24,000 bases of DNA from an uncultured Desulfurococcaceae archaeon (GCA_964404265.1 CAYOJG010000005.1:33668-57667), one strand, 5' to 3'; positions 8,514 to 16,838 are shown, numbered from the stretch's first letter. Numbers and translations are program-made. The notes: generated from the letters alone by a model not told the origin.

Positions 8514-9731
8514 CTAAGTACTACCTTCCCCTCCAGTCTTCGTGTAGTCCGTGAGCTTTCTGTACTTCCCGGCAACGATTGTTCTAGTTAGTGCTTCAGA
8601 GGTTTCGCGCTTAAGCTCCATCCTCATGAACTCCAGCGCCTCCCTAACGCTTCCGAACCTTACCGGAGCCGCTTGAAGGGCCCTCCTAACTGTCTCCCTG
8701 ATGTGCCAGTTCCCGACGCCTGCATAGTATGAGGGAAGAATCTCCCTAACTATGAGGGCTGAAGCCCTCCTTCTCCTCCTCCATAAAGCCTCAATAAGGG
8801 AGAATCTTGCCGCCTCGAAACCCCCGTCCGGCGTTAATGTCTTTCCGACACCCACATCCCTGTTATATATTATGACAGGCTCCCGCGCGGTCTTGGTGTA
8901 GGCTGTTAGGGGGAACCAGACCTCCAGCCATTCAGCGAAGTATCTTCCGGGATACAGAAGTATGAAGAACCTGTTGCTGAGGTACTCCCCCCTATACAGC
9001 TCGACAGTGTTGATCGAGGGGTAGGTCCACACATCCCTCAGCATGTGGTTTGACAGGACAGTGTCGGTCGCCGTTATTGCCCACCTAGTGGGGACAAGCT
9101 TCCTGGACCTCAACTCACCTAGGAGGCCCAAGCTTAAGGCACGTATAATGGTGTATATGTCGACACCGTCCCTGTAGAGCTCAAGTATCCCGATCTCTGC
9201 CTTAACATCGTCCCACACAAGGTTCTCCAACCTCCTCGGCAGGGAGGCGTTACCTTTAACAAGTATTCTCTCCGCCTCTGCCGACGGCCCTATGGGGTCG
9301 ATCCCTGCCCTGAAGGTGAGTCTGGGGTTAGGAGGTTTCTTAAGGAGGGACTCAGTATCTACAGGCCTTACGGAGACTGATGCGAGGCTTATCTCGGTCT
9401 CGTAAAGCTTCGTGAAGTCCCTCACATCAACCCTCACAATGGAAGCCACCTGGTAGGCCCTCCTCGAAATAATGTCGTTCAGTTCCAGCCTCCCCCACCA
9501 CTCAGGAGGGTTGTCATAGTCCTTCGCCTCCTCTCCCAGAACGCCTGGGGGGACGTGGTAGAGTACGGGGACCTTAGGATATCTTGACTCCCCTACAATC
9601 ACGCTGGGTGGTGTTGAGCCGTAGACTTCCTTACCAGTGATGAGGGAGGCGGCCTTATAGCTAGCTCTAAACCTCTCCATGAGGGGGCAGTATGGGAGGC
9701 CGCAAAGCCTCCTATATCCCTTACACCTCAC
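8514..9731 (-). CDS. nreA: NreA-family archaeal DNA repair protein; N-terminus likely extends upstream of the called GTG
   Basis: 405 aa. Zn-finger-like CVRCKGYRRLCGLPYCPLM (first Cys upstream of the ORF call), followed by GSTPPSVIVGESRYPKVPV and the RRRRRASALIVREILPSYYAGVGNWHIRE motif. Confidence 0.78.
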   Translation of the reverse strand: MRCKGYRRLCGLPYCPLMERFRASYKAASLITGKEVYGSTPPSVIVGESRYPKVPVLYHVPPGVLGEEAKDYDNPPEWWGRLELNDIISRRAYQVASIVRVDVRDFTKLYETEISLASVSVRPVDTESLLKKPPNPRLTFRAGIDPIGPSAEAERILVKGNASLPRRLENLVWDDVKAEIGILELYRDGVDIYTIIRALSLGLLGELRSRKLVPTRWAITATDTVLSNHMLRDVWTYPSINTVELYRGEYLSNRFFILLYPGRYFAEWLEVWFPLTAYTKTAREPVIIYNRDVGVGKTLTPDGGFEAARFSLIEALWRRRRRASALIVREILPSYYAGVGNWHIRETVRRALQAAPVRFGSVREALEFMRMELKRETSEALTRTIVAGKYRKLTDYTKTGGEGST

Positions 9732-9870
9732 ACACAGCTCCGCACTTATCCTGATTCCTGCTCCCCTACAACATCAGTGGTAAGGGAGGAATTAATCGTT
9801 CCCAATAATATTAAAGCCCTTACAGCATCATGCATATAGGATGTGTGTTAGAGGGAACTTTAACGGTGTG

Positions 9871-9884
9871 AAAGAATATAAGGG
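9871..9884 (+). promoter_or_regulatory. Candidate BRE/TATA element of feoB
   Basis: AAAGAATATAAGGG, about 35-45 nt upstream of the feoB ATG at 9918. Confidence 0.5.
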
Positions 9885-9900
9885 TTTAGATAAGTCTAAA
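9885..9900 (+). promoter_or_regulatory. Candidate DtxR/MntR/IdeR-family metal-dependent repressor operator upstream of feoB
   Basis: TTTAGA-TAAG-TCTAAA, a perfect 6-bp dyad between the TATA box and the feoB start. Confidence 0.6.
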
Positions 9901-9917
9901 TATGATGGGGACCTGGC

Positions 9918-12032
9918 ATGAGTTCCGGATGCGATGTGACGGTGGCGCTCGCGGGCAACCCGAACGTGGGTAAGTCAACGCTATTCAACGTCCTCACAGG
10001 CGAGACGGCCCACGTGGGTAACTGGCCCGGCGTCACCGTCGAGCTTAAGGAAGGGGTTAGGGAGTATAGGGGAAGCAAGATATGTTTCATTGATCTACCA
10101 GGGACCTACGGAATATCTGCTACGAGCATGGAGGAAGTTATTGCCAGGGAGTTCATTATTTCTGGTCAGCCAGACATCGTGGCTGTGTTGGTTGACTCAA
10201 CCGCACCTGAGAGAACGATATACCTTGCAGTACAGATAATGGAGCTAGTTCCCAACGTCCTCATAGTGCTGACTAAGTATGATGAGGCCCATGCGAAAGG
10301 TGTGCATATACACGTGGATAAGCTTGAGGAATACCTAGGCGTCCCCGTGGTTCCTGTCTCTGCCATAACAGGTGAGGGTATCAGGGAGCTTCTGGATACG
10401 GTAGTTGATTTCGGGAAGAGGCTTAAGAGGACTGAGCCCCTCAGAATAGACTACGGAGGCCTCGAGTACTTCATCAGGGAGGCCCAGGCTGTTCTCGAAG
10501 GTAGTGAGGCATTGAAGGACTTCCCCAGCAGGTGGGCAGCGATAATGCTTCTGGAAGGTGACCCGCGCCTCGAAGAAATGCTTAGGGAGGCAGGAGAGAA
10601 AGAGGTTCTTCAGAAGATAGGTAGGTTGAGGGAGTCAGCTAGAAGAATTATTGGTAAGGATCTCACCGAGTACGTTATTAAGACAAGGTTCGACTTCGTT
10701 GACTCAATAATTAGGAAGGTTGTTGTGAGGAGCGAGATTAAGGCTGGCGGAGGTGCTGGAGACATTTTCCAGAGACCTGTCGTGGGTGCTTTAGCTAGCC
10801 TCGGACTGATATTCGCGGTTTTCCTCGCTGTATTCTCGATAAACACGGGCTTTCCCCTCAACATAATTATGGATTTCCTTGGGCGTCCAGACCTAGCTGA
10901 AGCTATAGAGGCATTCAGCATTAGCGGGCTTGTCGGGGACGGCTTCACAGCCTTAGCGAATGCTGCGGCATGGACCCTAGAGCCCTATGCTCCGGAGTGG
11001 TTTGTCTCGCTCTTAGCCGACGGAATAATCACGGGGATAGGCTCCGTTCTGTCGTTCTTCCCGCTCATACTAATGGTCTTCCTGTTCCTGGCGGCGCTGG
11101 AGGACAGTGGACTTGCCCCGAGGATGGCTGTAAGCTTCCACAACTTCTTCTCGAAGTTCGGGCTGTCAGGAAGGGCGATATATCCATTCGTTGTGAGCCT
11201 AGGGTGTAACGTCCCCGGAGTTATGGCGAGCAGGTCATCGCTGGATGATGAGGAAAGGGTTGAGTTAGTGCTTTCAGTGCCTTTCATCCCATGTCAGGCA
11301 AGGCTAGTGGTTGCTTTAGCGTTCGCGTTAGCGTTATTCACTTCCCCGATCCTCCAGGCAGGAACGATATTCCTCGTTTACCTCATAGGCATTCTTGTGG
11401 CTCTACTGACCTCTGTGGCTGTTAGGAGGCTCTACTTCAAAAAGAGTGAGCCGCCAGAGCTACTGATAGAGATCCCGCCGATACATAAGCCGAAGCTTAA
11501 GGTTGTGTGGTGGCTTACCTGGGACAACACAAAGCACTTCCTGAGGAAGGCCGGAGTGATCATATTCACGTTTAGCATTATTGTGTGGGCTCTCCTATAC
11601 CTGGGGCCTACGGGATACCTGCCGGAGCAGCATCCGGAGAACTTCTTCGAGTACTCCTACGCAGCAATAATAGGTAGGTGGATAGCGCCTATACTCGCTC
11701 CCTTCGGCCTTAACGAGGATCAGGGTTGGAGGATAGGGTTCTCACTTCTGAACGGGTTCGTGGCTAAGGAGGTGGTTCTCGATAGCCTAGCGGTTCTTTA
11801 CGGAGGGGACGTCGACCCTGTGGCAGCTATTCAGTACCTCGGCCTAACACCTGCTCAGGGCTTAGCCATCCTCGTGATAATCATGCTTTACCTGCCATGC
11901 ATAGCGACCCTTGCAGTGATGTATCAGGAGCTGAGAAAAGGGAAGCTGGTTCTCCTAGCCCTCCTATACATGCTTGGTGTCGCCTACCTGGTTTCCCTCA
12001 TAGTGTACGGGATCATGGTTCTGGTAACGTAA
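9918..12032 (+). CDS. feoB: Ferrous iron transport GTPase/permease FeoB
   Basis: 704 aa. GNPNVGKST (G1), DLPGTYG (G3), TKYD (G4), Gate-like repeats (SLGCNVPGVMASR; LLNGFVAKEVVLDSLAVLYG), and many TM segments. Confidence 0.95.
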   Translation: MSSGCDVTVALAGNPNVGKSTLFNVLTGETAHVGNWPGVTVELKEGVREYRGSKICFIDLPGTYGISATSMEEVIAREFIISGQPDIVAVLVDSTAPERTIYLAVQIMELVPNVLIVLTKYDEAHAKGVHIHVDKLEEYLGVPVVPVSAITGEGIRELLDTVVDFGKRLKRTEPLRIDYGGLEYFIREAQAVLEGSEALKDFPSRWAAIMLLEGDPRLEEMLREAGEKEVLQKIGRLRESARRIIGKDLTEYVIKTRFDFVDSIIRKVVVRSEIKAGGGAGDIFQRPVVGALASLGLIFAVFLAVFSINTGFPLNIIMDFLGRPDLAEAIEAFSISGLVGDGFTALANAAAWTLEPYAPEWFVSLLADGIITGIGSVLSFFPLILMVFLFLAALEDSGLAPRMAVSFHNFFSKFGLSGRAIYPFVVSLGCNVPGVMASRSSLDDEERVELVLSVPFIPCQARLVVALAFALALFTSPILQAGTIFLVYLIGILVALLTSVAVRRLYFKKSEPPELLIEIPPIHKPKLKVVWWLTWDNTKHFLRKAGVIIFTFSIIVWALLYLGPTGYLPEQHPENFFEYSYAAIIGRWIAPILAPFGLNEDQGWRIGFSLLNGFVAKEVVLDSLAVLYGGDVDPVAAIQYLGLTPAQGLAILVIIMLYLPCIATLAVMYQELRKGKLVLLALLYMLGVAYLVSLIVYGIMVLVT

Positions 12033-12099
12033 CGGAATTTTTTATTAGGCCCCTTAATTAATCTCCTTGACTAGGTGATGCGTATTTAGCCAGTACAGA

Positions 12100-13182
12100 G
12101 TGTCTAAGGAGGAGTTAAGGAGGCTGATAAGGGAGCTTAAGAAGTGGTCCGCACACGCCACAACGCTGCTGAGCCTGTACATACCTCCAGGCAGGCCTAT
12201 CTCCGACGTTGTTAATGTTCTTAGGCAGGAGCTATCAATAACTGAGAACATTAAGCTTAAGCAGACGAGGAATAGAGTTCAGGCAGCGTTAAGCGCAGCC
12301 ATAGACAGGCTTGTTAAGATACCTAAGGTGCCTCCCAACGGCCTCGTGCTGTTTTCCGGGGAGAATGACGAAACAGGGGAAATGCTTACAATAGTTTTCG
12401 AGCCTCCCGAACCCATCAACGTCTTCTTCTACAGGACGGACAAGTACTTCCACACAGAGTTCCTTGAGGAGATGGTTGCAGAGAACGATGTTTACGGACT
12501 CATAATTATTGAGAGGGATGAGGCAACAATAGGGCTTCTGAAGGGGAACACTATAAGGGTTCTTGACGAGATAGAGGGCTACATACCTGGAAAGCACAGT
12601 AGGGGAGGCTGGTCACAGCGAAGATACGACAGAATAATTGAGGAGTTAACGAAGGACTTCTTTAAGAGTGTCGGCGAGAAGGCGACGAACTACTTCCTTC
12701 CCCTATACGAGGACGGTAAGCTCAGGGGGATACTGATAGGTGGGCCCGGATATACGAAGAACGACTTCGCGTCAGGGGACTACCTGGACTACAGGTTAAG
12801 GAAAGTTACTCTAAGCAAGCTCGTTGATGTGAGCGCTCAGGGCGAGCCAGGGCTTAAGGAACTTGTTCTTAAGGCTGAGGACCTGATTAAGCAGCATATC
12901 TACATAAGGACTCAGAAGGCTCTTGAGGAGTTCAACCTCCACCTATCGAAGGACGACGGCCTAGCAACCTACGGGGAGAAGGAGGTTATGGACGCTCTAG
13001 AGCTTGGTGCGGTGAAGTACCTCATAATAACGGAGGATCATCCCAAGCTCGATGTCTTCCTCCATAAGGCAGAGAAGAAGGGTGCTGAAGTATTCGTTCT
13101 AGGTGAGGACGTCCCTGACTATATGTGGATAAAGAAAACTTTCGGCGGAGTAGTTGCTGTGCTTAGGTACCCGATCTACTGA
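12100..13182 (+). CDS. prf1: Class-I peptide chain release factor aRF1 homologue (eRF1 family) with GGQ->GGW substitution
   Basis: 360 aa. TTLLSLYIPPGRPISDVVNVLRQE, ENIKLKQTRNRV, YRTDKYFHTEFL, YGLIIIERDEATIGLL, GKHSRGGWSQRRYDRI, and ILIGGPGYTKNDF are all diagnostic eRF1/aRF1 segments. Confidence 0.9.
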   Translation: MSKEELRRLIRELKKWSAHATTLLSLYIPPGRPISDVVNVLRQELSITENIKLKQTRNRVQAALSAAIDRLVKIPKVPPNGLVLFSGENDETGEMLTIVFEPPEPINVFFYRTDKYFHTEFLEEMVAENDVYGLIIIERDEATIGLLKGNTIRVLDEIEGYIPGKHSRGGWSQRRYDRIIEELTKDFFKSVGEKATNYFLPLYEDGKLRGILIGGPGYTKNDFASGDYLDYRLRKVTLSKLVDVSAQGEPGLKELVLKAEDLIKQHIYIRTQKALEEFNLHLSKDDGLATYGEKEVMDALELGAVKYLIITEDHPKLDVFLHKAEKKGAEVFVLGEDVPDYMWIKKTFGGVVAVLRYPIY

Positions 13183-13237
13183 GCCTTCCTCAAACCTTTA
13201 TTTTATGTGTGAAACAACACCAATCAGGTAGGTTAGG

Positions 13238-16168
13238 ATGAGTCAGGAAAGGGTTAGGTCACCCATAGTAGTTGTTTTGGGGCATGTAGACCACGGGAAG
13301 TGTCTACACCCGGACGAGAGGGTTGTTTTAGGTAATGGAGCAGCTGTCAGGATAGGCTCCCTTTTCAAGGAGTTCGGTGATGTGCGGAGCGATGAAGACG
13401 GCTATGAATGGATAGATGAGGAGATCCCTGTACTAACGATCGATGGGGAAGGCCGTATAGTTAAGGGTAAGGCGACGAAGGTTTGGAGGGTTAGGCATAG
13501 AGGCCCCCTATACACTGTTAGGCTTAAGGACGGCGGGGTTGTTAGGGTAACGCCTGAACACCCTTTCCTAACGATTGATGGGTGGGTTAAGGCAGAGGAT
13601 CTTACTCCGGGAAGCTTAGTTGCTGTCCCCTCAACACTACCTATAGGTGTTAAGTTCAGCGAGTTCCTCCACATCCTTGACAGGAACTACCTGATCCTTA
13701 GGGTGGGTGAGGCAACTTCCTTAAGGGACAGGAGGTTCTGGAGAGCCTTCTTCTACATGCTTGGTAGGGCTGTGGCCTTCAAGGGCTTAGGGATGAAGCC
13801 GCCTGCGACAGGTGTTGACGCCCTAGACCTGAATGCTGAGGAGTCCTCGATACTTCTGAAGGTGGGGGCTGAAAGGCTTTCAAGGCTCTATAAAGACTTC
13901 ATGATAAGCGGTATTGAGGGGGCCATACCCGGAAGGAGGAAGCAGGACTCCCTAGTTCCTGAGGCTGTCATGGTAGCCCCGCAGGATCTAATAAAGCACT
14001 TCCTGGAAGGCTACTCTGTTGAGGCCGCCGTCGAGAATTCCTCGATCCCGGAAATAACTCTACTGAGCAACAGCAGGGAAGGGGCGGAGGAGCTTAGAAC
14101 GCTTCTCAGAAGGCTCGGCATTGTTTCCGTGGTGGAGAAGGTTCCTCTAGGCTGGGGCGCGACAGTTAAGGGAGTTAAGGAGGTTAGGAAGCTGAGCAGA
14201 CGCCTCGGAAGGGAGTACCTCCTATCGAAGGATGTTGATCTGTCGGAGGACCCGGAGCAGATTTACCACATGAAGATAGGGAACCTCCTCTTCACCGAGG
14301 TTGAGGAAGTTTCCAAGACGCAGTACAGGGGCTACCTCTACGACCTGTCAGTGCCTCCAACCCATGCCTTCATAGCTAACGGGATAGTGGTGCATAACAC
14401 AACACTCCTCGACAAGATCAGGGGGACCGCTGTGGTTAGGAAGGAGCCCGGTGAGATGACTCAGCATGTGGGGGCTTCAATGATCCCTGCCTCAGTGATT
14501 GAGAAAATTATTCAGCCCCTCAAGCAACTATTCCCAATAAAGCTCACGATACCCGGACTCCTCTTCATAGACACGCCGGGGCATGAAGCGTTCTCCAACC
14601 TGAGGAGGAGGGGCGGAAGCATAGCCGACTTCGCGATCCTCGTCATCGACGTTATGGAGGGGATAGAGAAGCAGACGATTGAATCAATAAACATACTTCT
14701 CTCCAGGAAGGTCCCCTTCGTAATAGCAGCGAACAAGATAGACCGGATATATGGGTGGAAGCCGCAGCCCGACACCCCATTCCTGGAATCCATTAAGAGG
14801 CAGGAGCCCAGGGTTGTTGAGGAGCTTGAGAGAAGGGTCTACACCATAGCAGGCCAGCTGGCCGGACTAAACATACCTGCGGAAAGGTTCGACAGGATAA
14901 GGGACTTCAGGAAAGCAATAGCTATAGTGCCCGTCTCCGCCAAGACAGGTGAGGGGATCGCTGAGCTCCTCGCGGTACTCGCAGGCCTAACCCAGAAGTA
15001 CCTCACTAAAAGAATACTTTTCACTGCAGGGCCGGCTAAGGGCGTCGTGCTGGAGGTTAAGGAAATCACAGGCCTAGGCACATGCATAGATACGGTGATC
15101 TATGACGGCATCCTGAGGAAAGGGGACACGATAGTTGTTGGAGGGGTGAAGGAACCGATAGTGACTAAGGTTAGGGCCCTACTCATGCCTAAGCCGCTGG
15201 AGGAGATGAGGGTTGTAGGCGAGTCGGCATTCAAGAACGTTGACGAGGTAGTTGCCGCCGCCGGCGTTAGGATAAGTGCCCCCGGCCTCGACGACGCTCT
15301 TGCGGGAGCTCCCCTATACGCAGTGGAGGATAAGGCATCGGTTGATGAGGTCGTTAAGAAGGTTTCTGAGGAGGTTACGCAGGTAAGGTTCTCTAAGGAC
15401 ATTACGGGCGTTGTGGTTAAGGCAGACACGCTCGGCACTTTAGAGGCACTCGTCTCAATGCTTGAGTCTCGGGGTGTGCCTGTCAGGCTTGCTGATGTGG
15501 GGCCTCTGACGAAGAGGGAGGTTCTGGAAGCCTCCATAGTGGCGAAGCAGAACAGATATTTCGGGGTGATACTCCTCTTCAACGTGAAGCCCCTCCCGGA
15601 CGCTGAGGAGCTTGCGAGGAAGGAGAACGTTAAGGTGTTCAGCGACTCAATAATTTACAGGCTGATAGAGTCCTATGAGAAGTGGGTTAAGGAGGAGAAG
15701 TCTAAGGAGCTGTACTACGAGCTTCAGGCAACAGTGTTCCCAGCGAAGATCCATGTGCTTCCAGGCTATGTGTTCAGGAGGAAGGACCCTGCAGTCGTCG
15801 GTGTAAGGGTTCTTTCAGGAGTTATCAGGCCTGGTTACCCGTTGATGAGGGATGACGGGAGGCCTCTCGGGAAGATATACCAGATTCAGCATAAGGGGAA
15901 GAGCGTTTCTGAGGCTAAGGCCGGGGCCGAGGTAGCTATATCGATAGTTGGGAACGTGCTTGTTGGGAGGCACTTCGATGAGGGAGACATTCTCTACACA
16001 GACCCTACTGAGGCCGACCTGGAGAAGGTTCTGACGAAGTTCAGGGACATGGTTGATGAGGAAATGATTGAGCTGATCAGGGAGCTGATTAAGGTTAAGC
16101 AGAAGAGGGAGAAGAGGTTCGGCCTACCCGTAATAATGCTTCTGAAGAAGATGGGTAAGCGTAAGTAG
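13238..16168 (+). CDS. infB: Translation initiation factor aIF5B (IF2-like GTPase) containing an intein; about 610 aa after splicing
   Basis: 976 aa. The G1 motif GHVDHGK is split from TTLLDKIRG; DTPGHEAFSNLRRRGG (G3), AANKIDRI (G4), and aIF5B C-terminal domains are present. Confidence 0.95.
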   Translation: MSQERVRSPIVVVLGHVDHGKCLHPDERVVLGNGAAVRIGSLFKEFGDVRSDEDGYEWIDEEIPVLTIDGEGRIVKGKATKVWRVRHRGPLYTVRLKDGGVVRVTPEHPFLTIDGWVKAEDLTPGSLVAVPSTLPIGVKFSEFLHILDRNYLILRVGEATSLRDRRFWRAFFYMLGRAVAFKGLGMKPPATGVDALDLNAEESSILLKVGAERLSRLYKDFMISGIEGAIPGRRKQDSLVPEAVMVAPQDLIKHFLEGYSVEAAVENSSIPEITLLSNSREGAEELRTLLRRLGIVSVVEKVPLGWGATVKGVKEVRKLSRRLGREYLLSKDVDLSEDPEQIYHMKIGNLLFTEVEEVSKTQYRGYLYDLSVPPTHAFIANGIVVHNTTLLDKIRGTAVVRKEPGEMTQHVGASMIPASVIEKIIQPLKQLFPIKLTIPGLLFIDTPGHEAFSNLRRRGGSIADFAILVIDVMEGIEKQTIESINILLSRKVPFVIAANKIDRIYGWKPQPDTPFLESIKRQEPRVVEELERRVYTIAGQLAGLNIPAERFDRIRDFRKAIAIVPVSAKTGEGIAELLAVLAGLTQKYLTKRILFTAGPAKGVVLEVKEITGLGTCIDTVIYDGILRKGDTIVVGGVKEPIVTKVRALLMPKPLEEMRVVGESAFKNVDEVVAAAGVRISAPGLDDALAGAPLYAVEDKASVDEVVKKVSEEVTQVRFSKDITGVVVKADTLGTLEALVSMLESRGVPVRLADVGPLTKREVLEASIVAKQNRYFGVILLFNVKPLPDAEELARKENVKVFSDSIIYRLIESYEKWVKEEKSKELYYELQATVFPAKIHVLPGYVFRRKDPAVVGVRVLSGVIRPGYPLMRDDGRPLGKIYQIQHKGKSVSEAKAGAEVAISIVGNVLVGRHFDEGDILYTDPTEADLEKVLTKFRDMVDEEMIELIRELIKVKQKREKRFGLPVIMLLKKMGKRK
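13301..14398 (+). mobile_element. Intein (366 aa) inserted in the P-loop of aIF5B (GHVDHGK|C...HN|TTLLD), with degenerate LAGLIDADG endonuclease blocks
   Basis: N-terminal splice block CLHPDERVV, block B VTPEHPFLT, C-terminal blocks YRGYLYDLSVPPTHAFIANGIVVHN, and +1 extein Thr. The flanking protein rejoins perfectly as GHVDHGKTTLLDKIRG. Confidence 0.95.
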
Positions 16169-16180
16169 TTTTTATTTGTT

Positions 16181-16600
16181 TTAGAAGTCTCCGCAGTCCT
16201 CCCCGAAAATTACGCTGGACTCATACTCGAACCTTTCAGGGCTGTCGGCAGCATGCACCACGTTCTCCTGAATCGATAAGGCGTAGTCACCCCTAATGGT
16301 TCCGGGGGCCGCCTCCCTTCCGTCAGTCTGCCCTATAAGCTTCCTCACAACACTGATTGCCTTATCGCCCTCAATAATCATAGCGACGACAGGCCCTGAA
16401 GACATGAAGGAAACCAGGTCGTTGAAGAAGTGCTTACCTCTATGGATGTCGTAGAGCCTCTCAATACATTCCTTCCTCGGGTAAATCATCCTCAGCTTAA
16501 CTATCTTCAGGCCCTTCCTCTCAACCCTCCTAATCACTTCACCGATAAGTCCTCTCCTAACGCCGTCGGGCTTAACTATTAGGAGGGTTCTCTCACTCAT
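16181..16600 (-). CDS. ndk: Nucleoside diphosphate kinase
   Basis: 139 aa. [41 protein letters not shown] active-site region. Confidence 0.97.
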   Translation of the reverse strand: MSERTLLIVKPDGVRRGLIGEVIRRVERKGLKIVKLRMIYPRKECIERLYDIHRGKHFFNDLVSFMSSGPVVAMIIEGDKAISVVRKLIGQTDGREAAPGTIRGDYALSIQENVVHAADSPERFEYESSVIFGEDCGDF

Positions 16601-16791
16601 GCCCTGCTCGACCTCTTACCGAGGTAGTACTTGCTCCACGGAACCCTCTTCGGGTCCCTGCCGAGCTTGTAGTTCTTGAAGCACTTGCTTGAGCAGAACC
16701 AGAGTATGGTGCCGTCATTCTTCACATACATCAGGCCGGTCCCTGGAGGGATCGGCTTACCGCAGAAGGAGCATTTCCTTATTCTCGGCAT
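16597..16791 (-). CDS. rpl24e: 50S ribosomal protein L24e
   Basis: 64 aa. [46 protein letters not shown] four-Cys zinc finger protein. Confidence 0.96.
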   Translation of the reverse strand: MPRIRKCSFCGKPIPPGTGLMYVKNDGTILWFCSSKCFKNYKLGRDPKRVPWSKYYLGKRSSRA

Positions 16792-16838
16792 TACTTATCC
16801 CCCACTCACTTAATGGTTCCGAATAAAAGCTTTGGTTA

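Noticed and set aside
9732-9917. Searched the largest intergenic gap for a tRNA, C/D box RNA or FeoA gene
   Set aside because: There is no cloverleaf, no convincing RUGAUGA/CUGA pair and no FeoA-like ORF. The gap is explained by two divergent promoters.
10270-10290. FeoB G4 motif reads TKYD rather than NxxD, considered as a nucleotide-specificity change
   Set aside because: T/NKxD variants are common among GTPases of this superclass. Without an alignment of archaeal FeoB I would not call it unusual.
12054-12251. 65-aa minus-strand ORF overlapping the aRF1 start
   Set aside because: It overlaps the conserved aRF1 N-terminus and shows no homology-like pattern.
13301-14398. The insert in infB considered as a group I/II intron or coding insertion of host origin
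   Set aside because: The frame stays open throughout, and Cys1, block B TxxHP and terminal HN+Thr are textbook intein features.
15100-15582. 160-aa minus-strand ORF antisense to infB
   Set aside because: Ser/Thr-rich shadow ORF opposite a conserved GTPase.
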